Below, piece by piece: positions 11,601 to 19,406 of a stretch of DNA of 64,000 bases; position 1 is the first letter of the stretch, and every line of letters starts with the position of its first letter. The notes beneath the pieces were generated by a model. The model saw nothing but the letters and a program-made list of their open reading frames with translations, did no database searches and had not been told where the DNA came from. A program made the position numbers and the translations under genes. The DNA is taken from the IMG/VR virus record IMGVR_UViG_3300045988_115217. One strand, given 5' to 3'. This DNA is from a virus.

Positions 11601-12453
11601 GAATTTGGAGGCGACAAGTCTCAAAGTAACAGGTAATAGTCAACTTGGAATCTTCGAGATACGCACAGCTAAGAAAGATGATAGAGACCAATACACTATC
11701 GGTGGTGATGCTATTCAATACAGTGGTGGCTACATGTTCCCGGATGGTAAAACGGAAGCATTCGACGCGGGTAGCTTCTTGATGTATAAGCCAATGTTCG
11801 TTAGGCAAGGTAGTCCTGATAATTCTGCATATATGCGACTTGGGTATCAATTCACGGAATGGGATGACTGTAATATTTCTGGTGGAAACAAGAATTATTT
11901 CTTTGTCGGTGCGGCAGCGAGATACGTATGTTCGGGTGATACGGGCTCGTGTAGCAGAACCCTCCTGCCAGTTGACTTGAAATACTCTTTATCTTATTCA
12001 GAACTCAAGCCAGCCGCTTACATTTATTCAGTCAAAACCTTGCAGGATGACCCTGCTTTCGCCATCAAGGTTGTTAAACCAGAGGGTAGCAGTGGAGAGC
12101 GCACGGCAATACAGACTAATGCGGCTATACGAGGAGTGTTTGCTCCGAACGCAACGGACATTTATAAGGACCGGCAAATACCAAACGGCATCGGAGTAGT
12201 TTATTGCTCAAATAATAGTGATATGACGTTAACTCTTCCGGTCAATCCTGTTGATGGACAGACACTGATAATCATACAGGGTTCTAATGGCAGGGTATAT
12301 ATCATTCCTCCTTCTAATGACGTTAAGATATATTGTGGCGGTTACACAAGAGACAGAAACAATAAATTCTTCTCGGGAATGACGGGTCAGTTTAATATCT
12401 TTGTTTATGCTAGTGGCGCATGGCAGTTACAATGGATGAATTATAAACCATGA
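5599..12453 (+). CDS. Giant tail tip/baseplate-fibre protein with two tandem carbohydrate-binding-like modules
   Basis: 2284 aa; GSGSGGGG linker; two similar jelly-roll-like modules each ending in P(M/K)LEEG (near aa 1745 and 1920) resembling CBM4/9-type domains; tail-module position. Confidence 0.7.
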   Translation: MINIYDVNGKVLMQAEITSSAIRVEELSKSDYISLSWNSAEKVILPAGAYIVHKYKIDKVREVTRQFLLLESYEPTQSDEMSWKYTPEFQHQKMVLSKKPFFIRTRNSKNEVIKQYDFDFFGTMVTIADRLKDFLNNELKFGNAGWVINYDITNTNAINVSFSDNDFMSALTAITNAIGDNCEWHIDYDNETIHIGNVLRDDLPIVTLKVGENVGIPSITNSKEDYYNAFAVFGGTRNITQVNDKGENISSSDIKLQLSKGSGTTEIDGKKLSYSIDEFSTIDMRQNKNEQLFIKILNFAQIYPSLNTYVYNVRGREKYVLQDGNKIPLTYNADGSVKTYKTFTVWYVRMAYPTTEKIADKKLVNTTVDNGVTHYWYDFEVTDDLLINGKNIGCSFEANFNEGALSTPLAGRGTNGDYVGFELTYHKEASSTHTTDDVDSSNFAVLAGDFEIIYQEDNDLIIPTNAKDMIIPKGESLPSYKCNITVLYNIAMTESIYTEDAQKRLLDAAMKEIKRLLSDLNNYSVKSYPQVFEAKNPCLQIGQKVVYDDGNGYQLNTRAQKITTNIDFEFVQEITVGNEVIKGNTAQLKEDVKEIIASGGSGSGGGGNYTTSQLKNLIGKYGTGYFVSKLFDDTANGKITFIKGLVAKALADLAMGATFGNSAKITELGEAVFSAIKSLDYDNAAEQGFSVEKEKNGKYHAFFTNLTIWGKAIFHELEIRKLSYSGGNIYLSGAGSKLVRVVPVKKLVSDGGVTTWVKTTEDDVECVGWKCYLLADNGTTATMNYWQEGDQVRCQTIGEIAAGGTYSDVSNKSYWRTIPDGGVSTQNEKIYGTKLETYLDEDGNEQTKEVQVELYDGQAFAWIVIGKHCGDIDGYDDEFSVGYNGSNPAPLETRDIPSAGDTIVLDGNRHRNEHGEYDKTDRQNVIILETTGEYAPRIACYANISEYKHTITKSVNGSDKEVSLSVFETSPKGGTKINSSRFEWISDDGSTINIINYRGDWEENNTYHKNDQVNYNNAVWVCVANSGVDVADKPSEGSSNWKKVLSGGKGEKGDDAVSYSVSLMKELRTIAGHSNQSAVTVSFRKQEGSKSTVSGNIATFGDSASVKCYIDGERSDNMTDWINSGNDYFGYLNYEDAWTGKSVITVVMYIGDNIVASANFSLGQSGEGVVMAYKNATSRPSKPTVEDLSQLSDGWSRTPQKGGSYLKVDNISYGSFDNGASSFVDSTSKSWTDVTEGGNSWKKSPSGLSDNYGWAIMKVSFTTNVDNSDVKVTIKAYSEGNYDFVQVHALDTEITGSSSLRKTGVADISGNGIETSYSYHVTTTGQHFFYVSYCKDVSGNSNGDYGLFRFDLSDNLVTLPSTVWMSQATLKDGKAVLPWSEPVKITGEDAYRVVVSPSVLIFDTDDYGKVAESSLGDKKTATIRVYQGDKDVSKQFSKYDRLPSNYYNCNGSLKDLNTSPLEIQVTEIETQVVTDTEGNESTISKTNGFLEFILTNASATVTAHVDVQVNVAKFAGQMVNTNKRFSNTLTEVGNKVDNKMDSFDLNEFKAEITQTAREISLSVSEKAIGRRNLLIGSAARRQGEGWTFMSGDYYNNLPCESIEINSGHEGVNAIHCRTKQTGTNSYYMCGFRWVGTSSSQGNIKLKKGKSYTLSFWAKAYNSGYVKFISELIWQGSATDNSRPAGYTGPKGFLTTQQATKSNTWTQFKVNIEVPSSASYEYVEVNIFARATNYTLQDAYICKPMLEEGDYNGWTLSEQDYDYVGGNLLDNTRTLTVGGNLNDVSESTIISQGYGYDSAVAHADNSSGSSYKEILRWGTTSGGNVSFQKGKDYLLSFLANGSGRMTCYLYCSANNTSSIYSENNQGYVTNNAADGASNFTLSSGWKRYWVHFRVLTDSPLPTDILMRAVIGTNVYVAQPKLEEGATMTEYTERKSELVDKASLKAAGIVVDSESVTLYGNQVHIKKNKTDANDTVLIDNNTGTISAGLIKADEVVARGIKAQNLEATSLKVTGNSQLGIFEIRTAKKDDRDQYTIGGDAIQYSGGYMFPDGKTEAFDAGSFLMYKPMFVRQGSPDNSAYMRLGYQFTEWDDCNISGGNKNYFFVGAAARYVCSGDTGSCSRTLLPVDLKYSLSYSELKPAAYIYSVKTLQDDPAFAIKVVKPEGSSGERTAIQTNAAIRGVFAPNATDIYKDRQIPNGIGVVYCSNNSDMTLTLPVNPVDGQTLIIIQGSNGRVYIIPPSNDVKIYCGGYTRDRNNKFFSGMTGQFNIFVYASGAWQLQWMNYKP

Positions 12454-12475
12454 TTTTAATAAATATCATAAGTTT

Positions 12476-15274
12476 ATGAAAAAAATAGTAAAAGGTAACG
12501 ACTTCACACTGAAGATACCAGTGATGAAGATGGTAGAGGGGCGACCACAGACTTTTCCTCTGCCAGCCTGTACAGATGTGGTGGTACAGGTTTGTAATCA
12601 ATTCAGACGCATCCCTCTTGCGTTTGAAATTGACGTAAAGGAGGACAATGTTATCCTTGCGAGAGTAGAGGGTGACAAGATGAGCCTTGGCACTTATGCC
12701 ATCGAGGTAAGGGGTAAGATATTCGGCAATGACTGGCGAAGCAGCGAATACCCTCAGTTTTCCATCGTAGCCAAGAATGCCGATGCCGATACCGAGTTTG
12801 TTGAGACTGACGAGGGCGACAACAGCGTGGAGATGGATACCGCTATGGTTATCCTCCCTCCTTCCGTGGAGTTGAGTGACCTCATTAATAAGGCTAACGA
12901 GGCTTTGAAAAACAACAAGGAAACAAACGATACCCTCAATATTAACGAGGAAGCGAGAAAAGAAGCAGAGACGCAACGAGTATCTGCCGAGTCCGAGCGA
13001 GTATCTGCCGAACAGACGAGAGTATCTGCTGAGGATGCTCGCATGAAGGCAGAGGTCAGTCGTGTAAGTGCAGAATCCGACCGTGCAAGAGCGGAAGATG
13101 CACGCACTAAAATCGAGATTGAGCGACAGGCAAATGAACTTACCCGAAAGGATAACGAGACGAAGCGTGTCAATGCTGAAACATTAAGGAACAATGCCGA
13201 GAAGTTGCGTGTCTTGCAAGAGAATGAGCGCAAGGGTAACGAGGACGTTCGTAAGTCAGATGAGGATGCACGTATCAAGGCTGAAAGCGCACGTAGCAAG
13301 GCTGAGACCAAGAGAGAGGAAGATTTCTCTGCATCCAAGGAAGCCGCTGACAACGCAACCGAAAAGGCTTTATCTACTTATTCCCACCCTCCTTATGCTG
13401 ATAGCGATGGTTTCTATTACAAGTGGAATCCTGACACGCAGAGTTACGACAAGACGGATGTGAACTTGAAGGCGCAGCCTAGCAAACCAGCCTTTGTCTT
13501 TAAGTCGGTTGAAGAAATGGAGACTACGGACATAAATAACTTCGACCTGTATGATTATGTTATCATCAATACCGACGATACAGAGGATGAGGACAATGCG
13601 AAGCTGTACCTCATAGACAAGAACGAGGATGGTACAAAATATTACCATTACCTTGTTGATATGAGCGGTTTCCGTGGATTTGCTGGCAAGACACCTCAAA
13701 TCTCCATCGGAACGATTACCACCCTACTTCCTAGCGAGAAGGCTAGTGTAGCCATGACCAGCGACGGTATGGATGAGCAAGGAAACCCCAAATACGTCAT
13801 TAACTTCGCTATTCCGCAAGGACGGAAAGGCGATAAGGGTGATTCATTTTCTTACGCTGACTTCACGGCAGAGCAAATCAAGGAGCTACAAAAACCTGCT
13901 ACTGATGCTATTGCAACACTTGGTCAGACTAAGGTGGATTGTGAGAATGCTACAAAGGCAGCAAACGATGCTGCTTCTGACGCTACCGTAGCTAAGACCA
14001 AGGCAGAGAACGCTGCTTCTGGGGCAGAGAAGTGTAACGTCATCCTTGAAGGCTCTACCGTCAAGGTGACTGACAGAAACGGAGAAACCAAGTCTGTAGA
14101 TGTTATTAATACGAATGAGGAAGTGACCGTCACCATCGCCTCTTCCGTGGAATCCATCAAGGTAGCTGGCATTAAGATTAATGTATTCTTGAATAACGGC
14201 AAGACCCCCCAGACCTATACAACAGATACAGAGGGTAAGGCGACCTTCACTATCGACAGAGGTAACTATTATCAGGTGACGTTTCCTGAGTATGGCAATG
14301 CGCAGCCTATCGCTCCTCAAGGCTATACAGCAGTATTGGGTAGCCGTAATATCAATGTGGAGTATCTGCCATACGATGAGGATAGTATGGAGAAGGTGAT
14401 TATCACGGCTACTAAATACGATGATAACGTGGGGACGGCATGGGAAGGTATTCCTGTTATCGTGACTGTTGATAGAAAGGCTACCACCTATCAGACGGAT
14501 GCAAAAGGTCAGGTAACGGTATTCGTACCATATAAGAAGGAATATACTGTAAGAATTGATAATCAGGATGGCTATAACGTTAGCTTTAACAAAAATTCAA
14601 GAACTAATACAGCGAATGTTCCCCAGAGACTTATCGACTACAGATTCTATCAGTTTAAGGCGGGTATTTTTGTAGTAGATGCAAACAAAAACGAATATTA
14701 CATCGAGGACTGGGTGGCAGCAGGTAAGAGCTCTGATGATGCGGTAGCTATCAAAGTGGCGGATGCCTCATTATCTATCAATCATGGCACTTTCTGCATT
14801 CGTACAAGTGACATTAAGAACGTGTCGCAGTTGGTCAGCAAACAATGGTGTACACAGAACTTACAGTTCGATTCTATCGCCCTGAATGGTAATAATGTAA
14901 AAGATGCGAATTACTACAACGGAGAATCTTCATCATACCTTATCAGACAGGAGGCTCAGGAGCGAAGTTTATCTGTGCCTGCTTTTGATTATGCGTATGA
15001 ACAGATATTCACAATCGGTGGTGAAGAACTTCATGGTTTCATCATGTCGGTAGGTCAGGAATACGTACATGTAGCTAATATCGGTATCATCAAGCAGGTG
15101 CTGGAGACCCTGTATGGCGAGGAAGTAGCTACTAATTATTACGACTTTGTGATGAAGAGATACAGATGGACTTCTACGCAGGACAGCGCTACGTACGCTT
15201 GGTTCTTCAGTAGTAGTGCAAACTTCAACCTCAAGTGGCTCAGTTTCGTGGTCCTGCCGGTTTACGCTTGTTAA
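12476..15274 (+). CDS. Tail fibre / receptor-binding protein, DGR target (variable protein)
   Basis: 932 aa; RVSAE/ARxKAE coiled-coil repeats; C-terminus DUF1566/C-type-lectin-like and carries VR (last 30 codons) matching TR downstream. Confidence 0.85.
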   Translation: MKKIVKGNDFTLKIPVMKMVEGRPQTFPLPACTDVVVQVCNQFRRIPLAFEIDVKEDNVILARVEGDKMSLGTYAIEVRGKIFGNDWRSSEYPQFSIVAKNADADTEFVETDEGDNSVEMDTAMVILPPSVELSDLINKANEALKNNKETNDTLNINEEARKEAETQRVSAESERVSAEQTRVSAEDARMKAEVSRVSAESDRARAEDARTKIEIERQANELTRKDNETKRVNAETLRNNAEKLRVLQENERKGNEDVRKSDEDARIKAESARSKAETKREEDFSASKEAADNATEKALSTYSHPPYADSDGFYYKWNPDTQSYDKTDVNLKAQPSKPAFVFKSVEEMETTDINNFDLYDYVIINTDDTEDEDNAKLYLIDKNEDGTKYYHYLVDMSGFRGFAGKTPQISIGTITTLLPSEKASVAMTSDGMDEQGNPKYVINFAIPQGRKGDKGDSFSYADFTAEQIKELQKPATDAIATLGQTKVDCENATKAANDAASDATVAKTKAENAASGAEKCNVILEGSTVKVTDRNGETKSVDVINTNEEVTVTIASSVESIKVAGIKINVFLNNGKTPQTYTTDTEGKATFTIDRGNYYQVTFPEYGNAQPIAPQGYTAVLGSRNINVEYLPYDEDSMEKVIITATKYDDNVGTAWEGIPVIVTVDRKATTYQTDAKGQVTVFVPYKKEYTVRIDNQDGYNVSFNKNSRTNTANVPQRLIDYRFYQFKAGIFVVDANKNEYYIEDWVAAGKSSDDAVAIKVADASLSINHGTFCIRTSDIKNVSQLVSKQWCTQNLQFDSIALNGNNVKDANYYNGESSSYLIRQEAQERSLSVPAFDYAYEQIFTIGGEELHGFIMSVGQEYVHVANIGIIKQVLETLYGEEVATNYYDFVMKRYRWTSTQDSATYAWFFSSSANFNLKWLSFVVLPVYAC
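15175..15266 (+). repeat. DGR variable repeat (VR)
   Basis: 92 nt colinear with TR at constant offset 684; 13 mismatches, all at TR adenines; 3' 20 nt identical. Confidence 0.9.
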
Positions 15275-15385
15275 TCTCTTTATCTCTTCAAAATCTCTTC
15301 CTCTCTCCATGCAAGCAGCGAGCAAGCGGCGAGCAATGAGCAGGGAGGGATATAAGAGCAATTTTTAATTTCATTCCCTTAAAAA

Positions 15386-15994
15386 ATGGCATTTGCAGAG
15401 GATTTGTACATATATAAAGATACGCTACTCTTGTGCAAGATATTACTCAGGTATAGCAATAGCGTGAGTAGAACCGTCAGGTTTACAACCTACAATGAAG
15501 CGGTCGTCAAGTCTTGTACAGCTCTTGACTTGGTTAGGAGAATTAACGAAAGTTGGGAGAATAGAGAGGAGCGTATGCACGATTATATTCTGCTTATGTC
15601 GGAAGTCAAGTCAAGAATCAGCCTCCTCACGGATGCCGAGTTCTTAAACAAGAAACAGGCAACCAACCTTAATATGATGTCAGACAAGGTACTGAAGGAG
15701 GTGTATGGCTGGCGGAAGTCTGAGCGGAAGCGCAAAGGCGAGAATTGCAGAGTCAACGACAATGCAAGAGTGTCGTCACTGAATGTGACAAGGGGTACAA
15801 TCACGCAACTCACTTATGTGAGAAGTGAACAGACTGGAAAACAGAGAATGTACCGAGATACGCAGAACAGCGCTACGAACGCTTGGAACTACAGTAGTAG
15901 TGCAAACAACAACAACAAGTGGAACAGTAACGTGGTCCTGCCGGTTTACGATTATCCAACAGTGGCGAATGCCTCTGTATTTGCTATTTTTTAA
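15386..15994 (+). CDS. avd: Avd-like DGR accessory protein (ORF continues through TR)
   Basis: First ~120 aa predicted helical with basic tail (WRKSERKRKGE), located between target and TR/RT; ORF has no stop before 15994. Confidence 0.6.
   Translation: MAFAEDLYIYKDTLLLCKILLRYSNSVSRTVRFTTYNEAVVKSCTALDLVRRINESWENREERMHDYILLMSEVKSRISLLTDAEFLNKKQATNLNMMSDKVLKEVYGWRKSERKRKGENCRVNDNARVSSLNVTRGTITQLTYVRSEQTGKQRMYRDTQNSATNAWNYSSSANNNNKWNSNVVLPVYDYPTVANASVFAIF
15859..15950 (+). repeat. DGR template repeat (TR)
   Basis: A-rich (31 A by my count, many AAC codons) copy of VR, 49 nt upstream of RT start. Confidence 0.9.
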
Positions 15995-15999
15995 GGGAT

Positions 16000-17166
16000 A
16001 TGAAATTTGAGAAAGAGTATGTTACGATAGAAGAGGTGTATGCCGCCTATTATGACTGCTGTAAGCATAAAGGTTCGACACCGGGCTGTATCGAATACCA
16101 GATGAATTATATTGCGAATAATTATCAACTGTATGTCGAATTAAATTCGATGTCATACGAGATAAGTAAAAGTAAGGCATTCTGTGTGACGAGACCAAAG
16201 CTTCGGGAGGTGTTTTGCGCAGACTTCCGTGACCGCATCATTCACCATCTGCTTGCTATCAAGTTCACGGATATACTCGAAGGCGAAATGACAGATAAGG
16301 CGTATGCCTGCCGTAAGGGTAAGGGTACTGATTACGGTATCGCTGATGTCAAGAAGCAAATAAAGCGAGTGAGCGATAACTATACTAAGGAAGCATGGAT
16401 ATTGAGAGGTGATTTACAGGGCTTCTTCATGAGCATCAATCGCGCGCTCCTTTATAGCCTCCTTGAGAAAGTTATCAGAAAAAAGTATCATGGAAGTGAT
16501 ATGGAATGGTGGCTGTGGTTATGGAAGAAAGTTGTCTTGCATGACCCGACAAAAAACTGTGTCCGAGTAGGCGATTTGAGTTTGTGGGATAAGCTTCCTG
16601 CTAACAAGTCGCTCTTTACATGCGGTGAGGGCAAGGGACTCCCTATCGGCAACCTACCGTCACAACTTCTTGCCAATCTCTTGCTATCTCAATTCGATAA
16701 ACTGATGATAGAGCGAGTGGGCAAAGATGGTGGATATGGCAGATATGTAGATGATTTCCTGGTTATCAGTAGGGATGAAAAGCTACTTCTGAATATTCTG
16801 CAAGAGGCAAGGAGCTATCTGTTGGAAGAGCTTGGTCTTACGTTGCATCCTCATAAGGTTAGCCTTCAGAGGGCAGCAAGCGGAGTAAGGTTTACAGGCG
16901 CATTAATTCGCCCAGGCAGGATGCTTCCAAACTTGCGAACGATAGAACATCTGTATGACGTGATTGATAGGTTTGGGATAGAATCTGACCCGAAAAGCGA
17001 AGTCTTACAGAGGTATGTGAGTCGTATCAATAGTCTGATGGGTGTACTTGTGCATTACAACACCTATAATATCAGGCGTAAGACATGGGCGATGATGCCC
17101 TATAAGAACAGAGTTTTCTGTGTCAATATGAAGAAAATTAGAATAATGAATAAATATAAAACGTAA
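16000..17166 (+). CDS. DGR reverse transcriptase
   Basis: 388 aa; RT motifs including YVDDFLV (YxDD) and DGR-signature IGNLPSQ; immediately 3' of TR. Confidence 0.92.
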   Translation: MKFEKEYVTIEEVYAAYYDCCKHKGSTPGCIEYQMNYIANNYQLYVELNSMSYEISKSKAFCVTRPKLREVFCADFRDRIIHHLLAIKFTDILEGEMTDKAYACRKGKGTDYGIADVKKQIKRVSDNYTKEAWILRGDLQGFFMSINRALLYSLLEKVIRKKYHGSDMEWWLWLWKKVVLHDPTKNCVRVGDLSLWDKLPANKSLFTCGEGKGLPIGNLPSQLLANLLLSQFDKLMIERVGKDGGYGRYVDDFLVISRDEKLLLNILQEARSYLLEELGLTLHPHKVSLQRAASGVRFTGALIRPGRMLPNLRTIEHLYDVIDRFGIESDPKSEVLQRYVSRINSLMGVLVHYNTYNIRRKTWAMMPYKNRVFCVNMKKIRIMNKYKT

Positions 17167-17172
17167 AAGATT

Positions 17173-17763
17173 ATGGAGAAAATTAATTTTATCAAAGCCT
17201 TTATCCCTAAAGGCGATTTTAATGAAAAGTATGAGCACGGAGGAATGATGGTTCGTCATCTTGCTGCTGTGCTTGACGAGAAGATGGGAGCGTACGAATG
17301 CTACGAGTGTACCGTGCCTATCGGTGAGTACGATGAAAACGGGGTACAGAAGGCATTTACTGAGTTTTCGGCTAAGATGGATGCCTTAAAACTTAAACAG
17401 GCAAAGGTTGACAAGATAGCCGAGATAACAGCCTACGACACATCGGACAAGGTGAACGGCTTTGTGTTGAATGGGTTACTGGTGTGGCTCGACAAGGCGA
17501 CACGTGTAGGATTGATGAACTCAACTACCATTGCTAAGGCAGCAGGCCAAGAAACGACAACTCTGTGGCTTGGAGGACTGAAACTGGTGGTGGATTGTGA
17601 TAAGGCTATTCAGTTACTCTCTGCGCTTGAGATGTATGCCCTGGAATGCTTCAATGTGACGGCAAGTCATAAGGCAGCAGTAAACGAACTGACGACCATC
17701 GAAGAGGTGGAAGCCTACGACTATAAGGCTGGCTATCCGAAGATGCTTGAGATGAGTGTGTAA
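17173..17763 (+). CDS. Hypothetical protein, DUF4376-like (tail-fibre associated?)
   Basis: 196 aa; C-terminal half recalls DUF4376 pattern (WLDKATRVGL...YPKML); weak recall-based call. Confidence 0.4.
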   Translation: MEKINFIKAFIPKGDFNEKYEHGGMMVRHLAAVLDEKMGAYECYECTVPIGEYDENGVQKAFTEFSAKMDALKLKQAKVDKIAEITAYDTSDKVNGFVLNGLLVWLDKATRVGLMNSTTIAKAAGQETTTLWLGGLKLVVDCDKAIQLLSALEMYALECFNVTASHKAAVNELTTIEEVEAYDYKAGYPKMLEMSV

Positions 17764-17768
17764 TAATA

Positions 17769-17794
17769 TCATTTTCCCATTATCGGGAAAATGA
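17769..17794 (+). terminator. Hairpin after DGR operon (no U-run)
   Basis: tcattttccc/gggaaaatga perfect 10-bp stem, 6-nt loop, 6 nt after stop. Confidence 0.4.
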
Positions 17795-17861
17795 TAGCAC
17801 CATATTCCTGATGTCACGAAAATGGTAATACCATTTTGTTGACGTCGATAAAATGGTAGCA
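17787..17861. repeat. Cluster of AAAATG(G)TA sites, left flank of lysis cassette 1
   Basis: gaaaatgatagca, palindromic gaaaatggtaataccatttt, ataaaatggtagcaa at ~30-nt spacing. Confidence 0.6.
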
Positions 17862-17890
17862 ACGTGTAACTAATTTAAATTCTAAAGATT

Positions 17891-18415
17891 ATGTATGTAT
17901 TAAGTATTATTTCTTTCCTTCTGTGGGCAGGATTTCTCTTGCTCGCAGCCATGCGGTTCGGCATTCCCGACATGATGAGTGATGTGTATTACCAGTTGCA
18001 GAAATGCACGGGTAGCGAAGTGATAGGCGATAAGCATAAGCGAAACTATGGCTGGGTGTTCACGCTCGTCATGTTTGCGAGTGCCTTGCTTATGCTTGTT
18101 TCTCTCCTCGACTCGGGTAAAGGTATTCAGTTCCTCGCGTTCCTCGGGTGCGCAGGACTGATGTTTGTGGGTTTTGTTCCTCATTATCTTGATAATGCAG
18201 AACATGCAATACATAAAGCAGCAGCTATCACAGCGGCTATCGGATGTGTAGGATGGTGTTCGAGTGTTAATCTCGCTCCTACCCTATTGTTAGCTATTGC
18301 GGTGCTCATCATCTATTTCCATCCAGCTAAAAAGCCGGATTCCGTTGGGTATTACTGGGCAGAGTTGGCGGCATTCTTAGACGTATATTTGACTTACTGG
18401 ATTTTTGCGCTATGA
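17891..18415 (+). CDS. Multi-pass membrane protein
   Basis: 174 aa with 5-6 hydrophobic helices; ATGA overlap with next ORF. Confidence 0.6.
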   Translation: MYVLSIISFLLWAGFLLLAAMRFGIPDMMSDVYYQLQKCTGSEVIGDKHKRNYGWVFTLVMFASALLMLVSLLDSGKGIQFLAFLGCAGLMFVGFVPHYLDNAEHAIHKAAAITAAIGCVGWCSSVNLAPTLLLAIAVLIIYFHPAKKPDSVGYYWAELAAFLDVYLTYWIFAL

Positions 18416-18642
18416 AAAATTTATTCAAACTCAACAAGCGAGACTGGATTGGTCTTGCTTGTTGGCTGCTGGTAAGCATATTGGTAGGTCTGCTTGCCTT
18501 GCCGATAATGGTAGGCAGAGAGATATACCAGTACAAGCACTACAATTTGTCTAAGTTCGAGTGGGAAGATATTGTGAGGTATTCCGTAGTAATCTTACTC
18601 GGTAGTATTATTAATTACTTAATTTTAGATTCATTATTATGA
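18412..18642 (+). CDS. Small two-TM membrane protein (holin candidate)
   Basis: 76 aa, two hydrophobic segments, overlaps amidase start. Confidence 0.5.
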   Translation: MKNLFKLNKRDWIGLACWLLVSILVGLLALPIMVGREIYQYKHYNLSKFEWEDIVRYSVVILLGSIINYLILDSLL

Positions 18643-19061
18643 GACAGATAAAAAGAATTTTTGTTCATTGCACTGCTTCTTCTCAGAAGTGGGGAGTTAA
18701 GGAACTGCTGGCAGAGTTTAAGGCGAAAGGTTGGAAAAATCCCGGTTATCACAAGGTAGTGACTGCGGATGGCATTGTGCATCAGTTGCTTGACTTCAAG
18801 AATGTTAGTAATGGGGTGTATGGCTACAATTCGACCGCTATCAATATTGCATACGTGGGCGGTATTGATAGCAAAGGTAAGCCTATCGACAACAGAACTA
18901 AGGCTCAGAAGGTAGCTCTGAGGTCGTTACTTGTAGAGTTGCATCGTCAATATCCTCACGCAACCATCATGGGTCACAGGGATATATGGGGAAGTGACAG
19001 CAGAAAATGGAAAAAGTGGTGTCCTTGCTTTGATGCTAAGTCGGAGTATAAGGATATATAA
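18639..19061 (+). CDS. N-acetylmuramoyl-L-alanine amidase (Amidase_2/PGRP, T7-lysozyme-like endolysin)
   Basis: IFVHCTAS...GYH...NSTAINIAYVGG...GHRD...CPCFD motifs. Confidence 0.85.
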   Translation: MRQIKRIFVHCTASSQKWGVKELLAEFKAKGWKNPGYHKVVTADGIVHQLLDFKNVSNGVYGYNSTAINIAYVGGIDSKGKPIDNRTKAQKVALRSLLVELHRQYPHATIMGHRDIWGSDSRKWKKWCPCFDAKSEYKDI

Positions 19062-19081
19062 TAATGAGGATATATAATAAT

Positions 19082-19127
19082 AATGTGGTTATAATGCCGT
19101 TAAAAAGCGGTTATAACCACATTTTTT
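19082..19127 (+). terminator. Rho-independent terminator
   Basis: aatgtggttataa/ttataaccacatt 13-bp stem followed by T6. Confidence 0.8.
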
Positions 19128-19171
19128 GTAGGAAGCGTTATAGATGGCTTACTTATGTATTGTAGAAAGAC

Positions 19172-19204
19172 AAGGCGGTTTACTACATGTAGCCGCCTTT
19201 CTTG
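19172..19204 (+). terminator. Second hairpin terminator
   Basis: aaggcgg/ccgcctt stem followed by T-rich run. Confidence 0.55.
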
Positions 19205-19245
19205 TTACCATTTTATGCCATTTTGGTAACAAAAAAATTGGTAAC
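19201..19245. repeat. AAAATGGTA sites in inverted orientation, right flank of lysis cassette 1
   Basis: taccattttat (19206-19216) is the exact reverse complement of ataaaatggta (17848-17858); also gccattttggtaac and attggtaac. Confidence 0.6.
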
Positions 19246-19406
19246 ATAACTTTCAGATTGTTACTTTAGCAAAGTTTAACTCTAAAAAGTTGCCCAAAAT
19301 TATTCATTTTGAGCAAAAATTGTTTATTTTTACATCATTTTCCTTATTATTAAGAATGAGGAACTAAGAATAAATAATAAACACAAAAACAAAAGGAGAA
19401 GAATTT

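Larger units (their letters stand above)
12476..17166 (+). mobile_element. Diversity-generating retroelement cassette (target-avd-TR-RT)
   Basis: Gene order and A-specific TR/VR pattern as in Bordetella phage BPP-1 type DGRs. Confidence 0.88.

Noticed and set aside
12754-13353. 199-aa antisense ORF inside the tail-fibre gene, and similar antisense ORFs such as 26181-26858, 3781-4176, 11308-11850, 50961-51461 and 56878-57510
   Set aside because: They lie opposite long, well-supported genes and have low-complexity or off-frame-like composition. The coiled-coil and repeat regions keep the opposite strand open by chance.
15120-15174. Possible extension of TR/VR homology further upstream
   Set aside because: At the fixed 684-nt offset the upstream 20 nt are unrelated. 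The similar-looking agatac/tac-(a/c)ga pieces need a 6-nt indel, which is not DGR-like. I kept the conservative 92-nt core.
15275-15385. Hairpin/cruciform downstream of VR, as described for BPP-1 target recognition
   Set aside because: I found only imperfect pyrimidine/purine-tract complementarity (ctcttcctctctcc versus agggaggg) and direct gcgagcaa repeats. There is no convincing GC-rich stem, so I make no claim.
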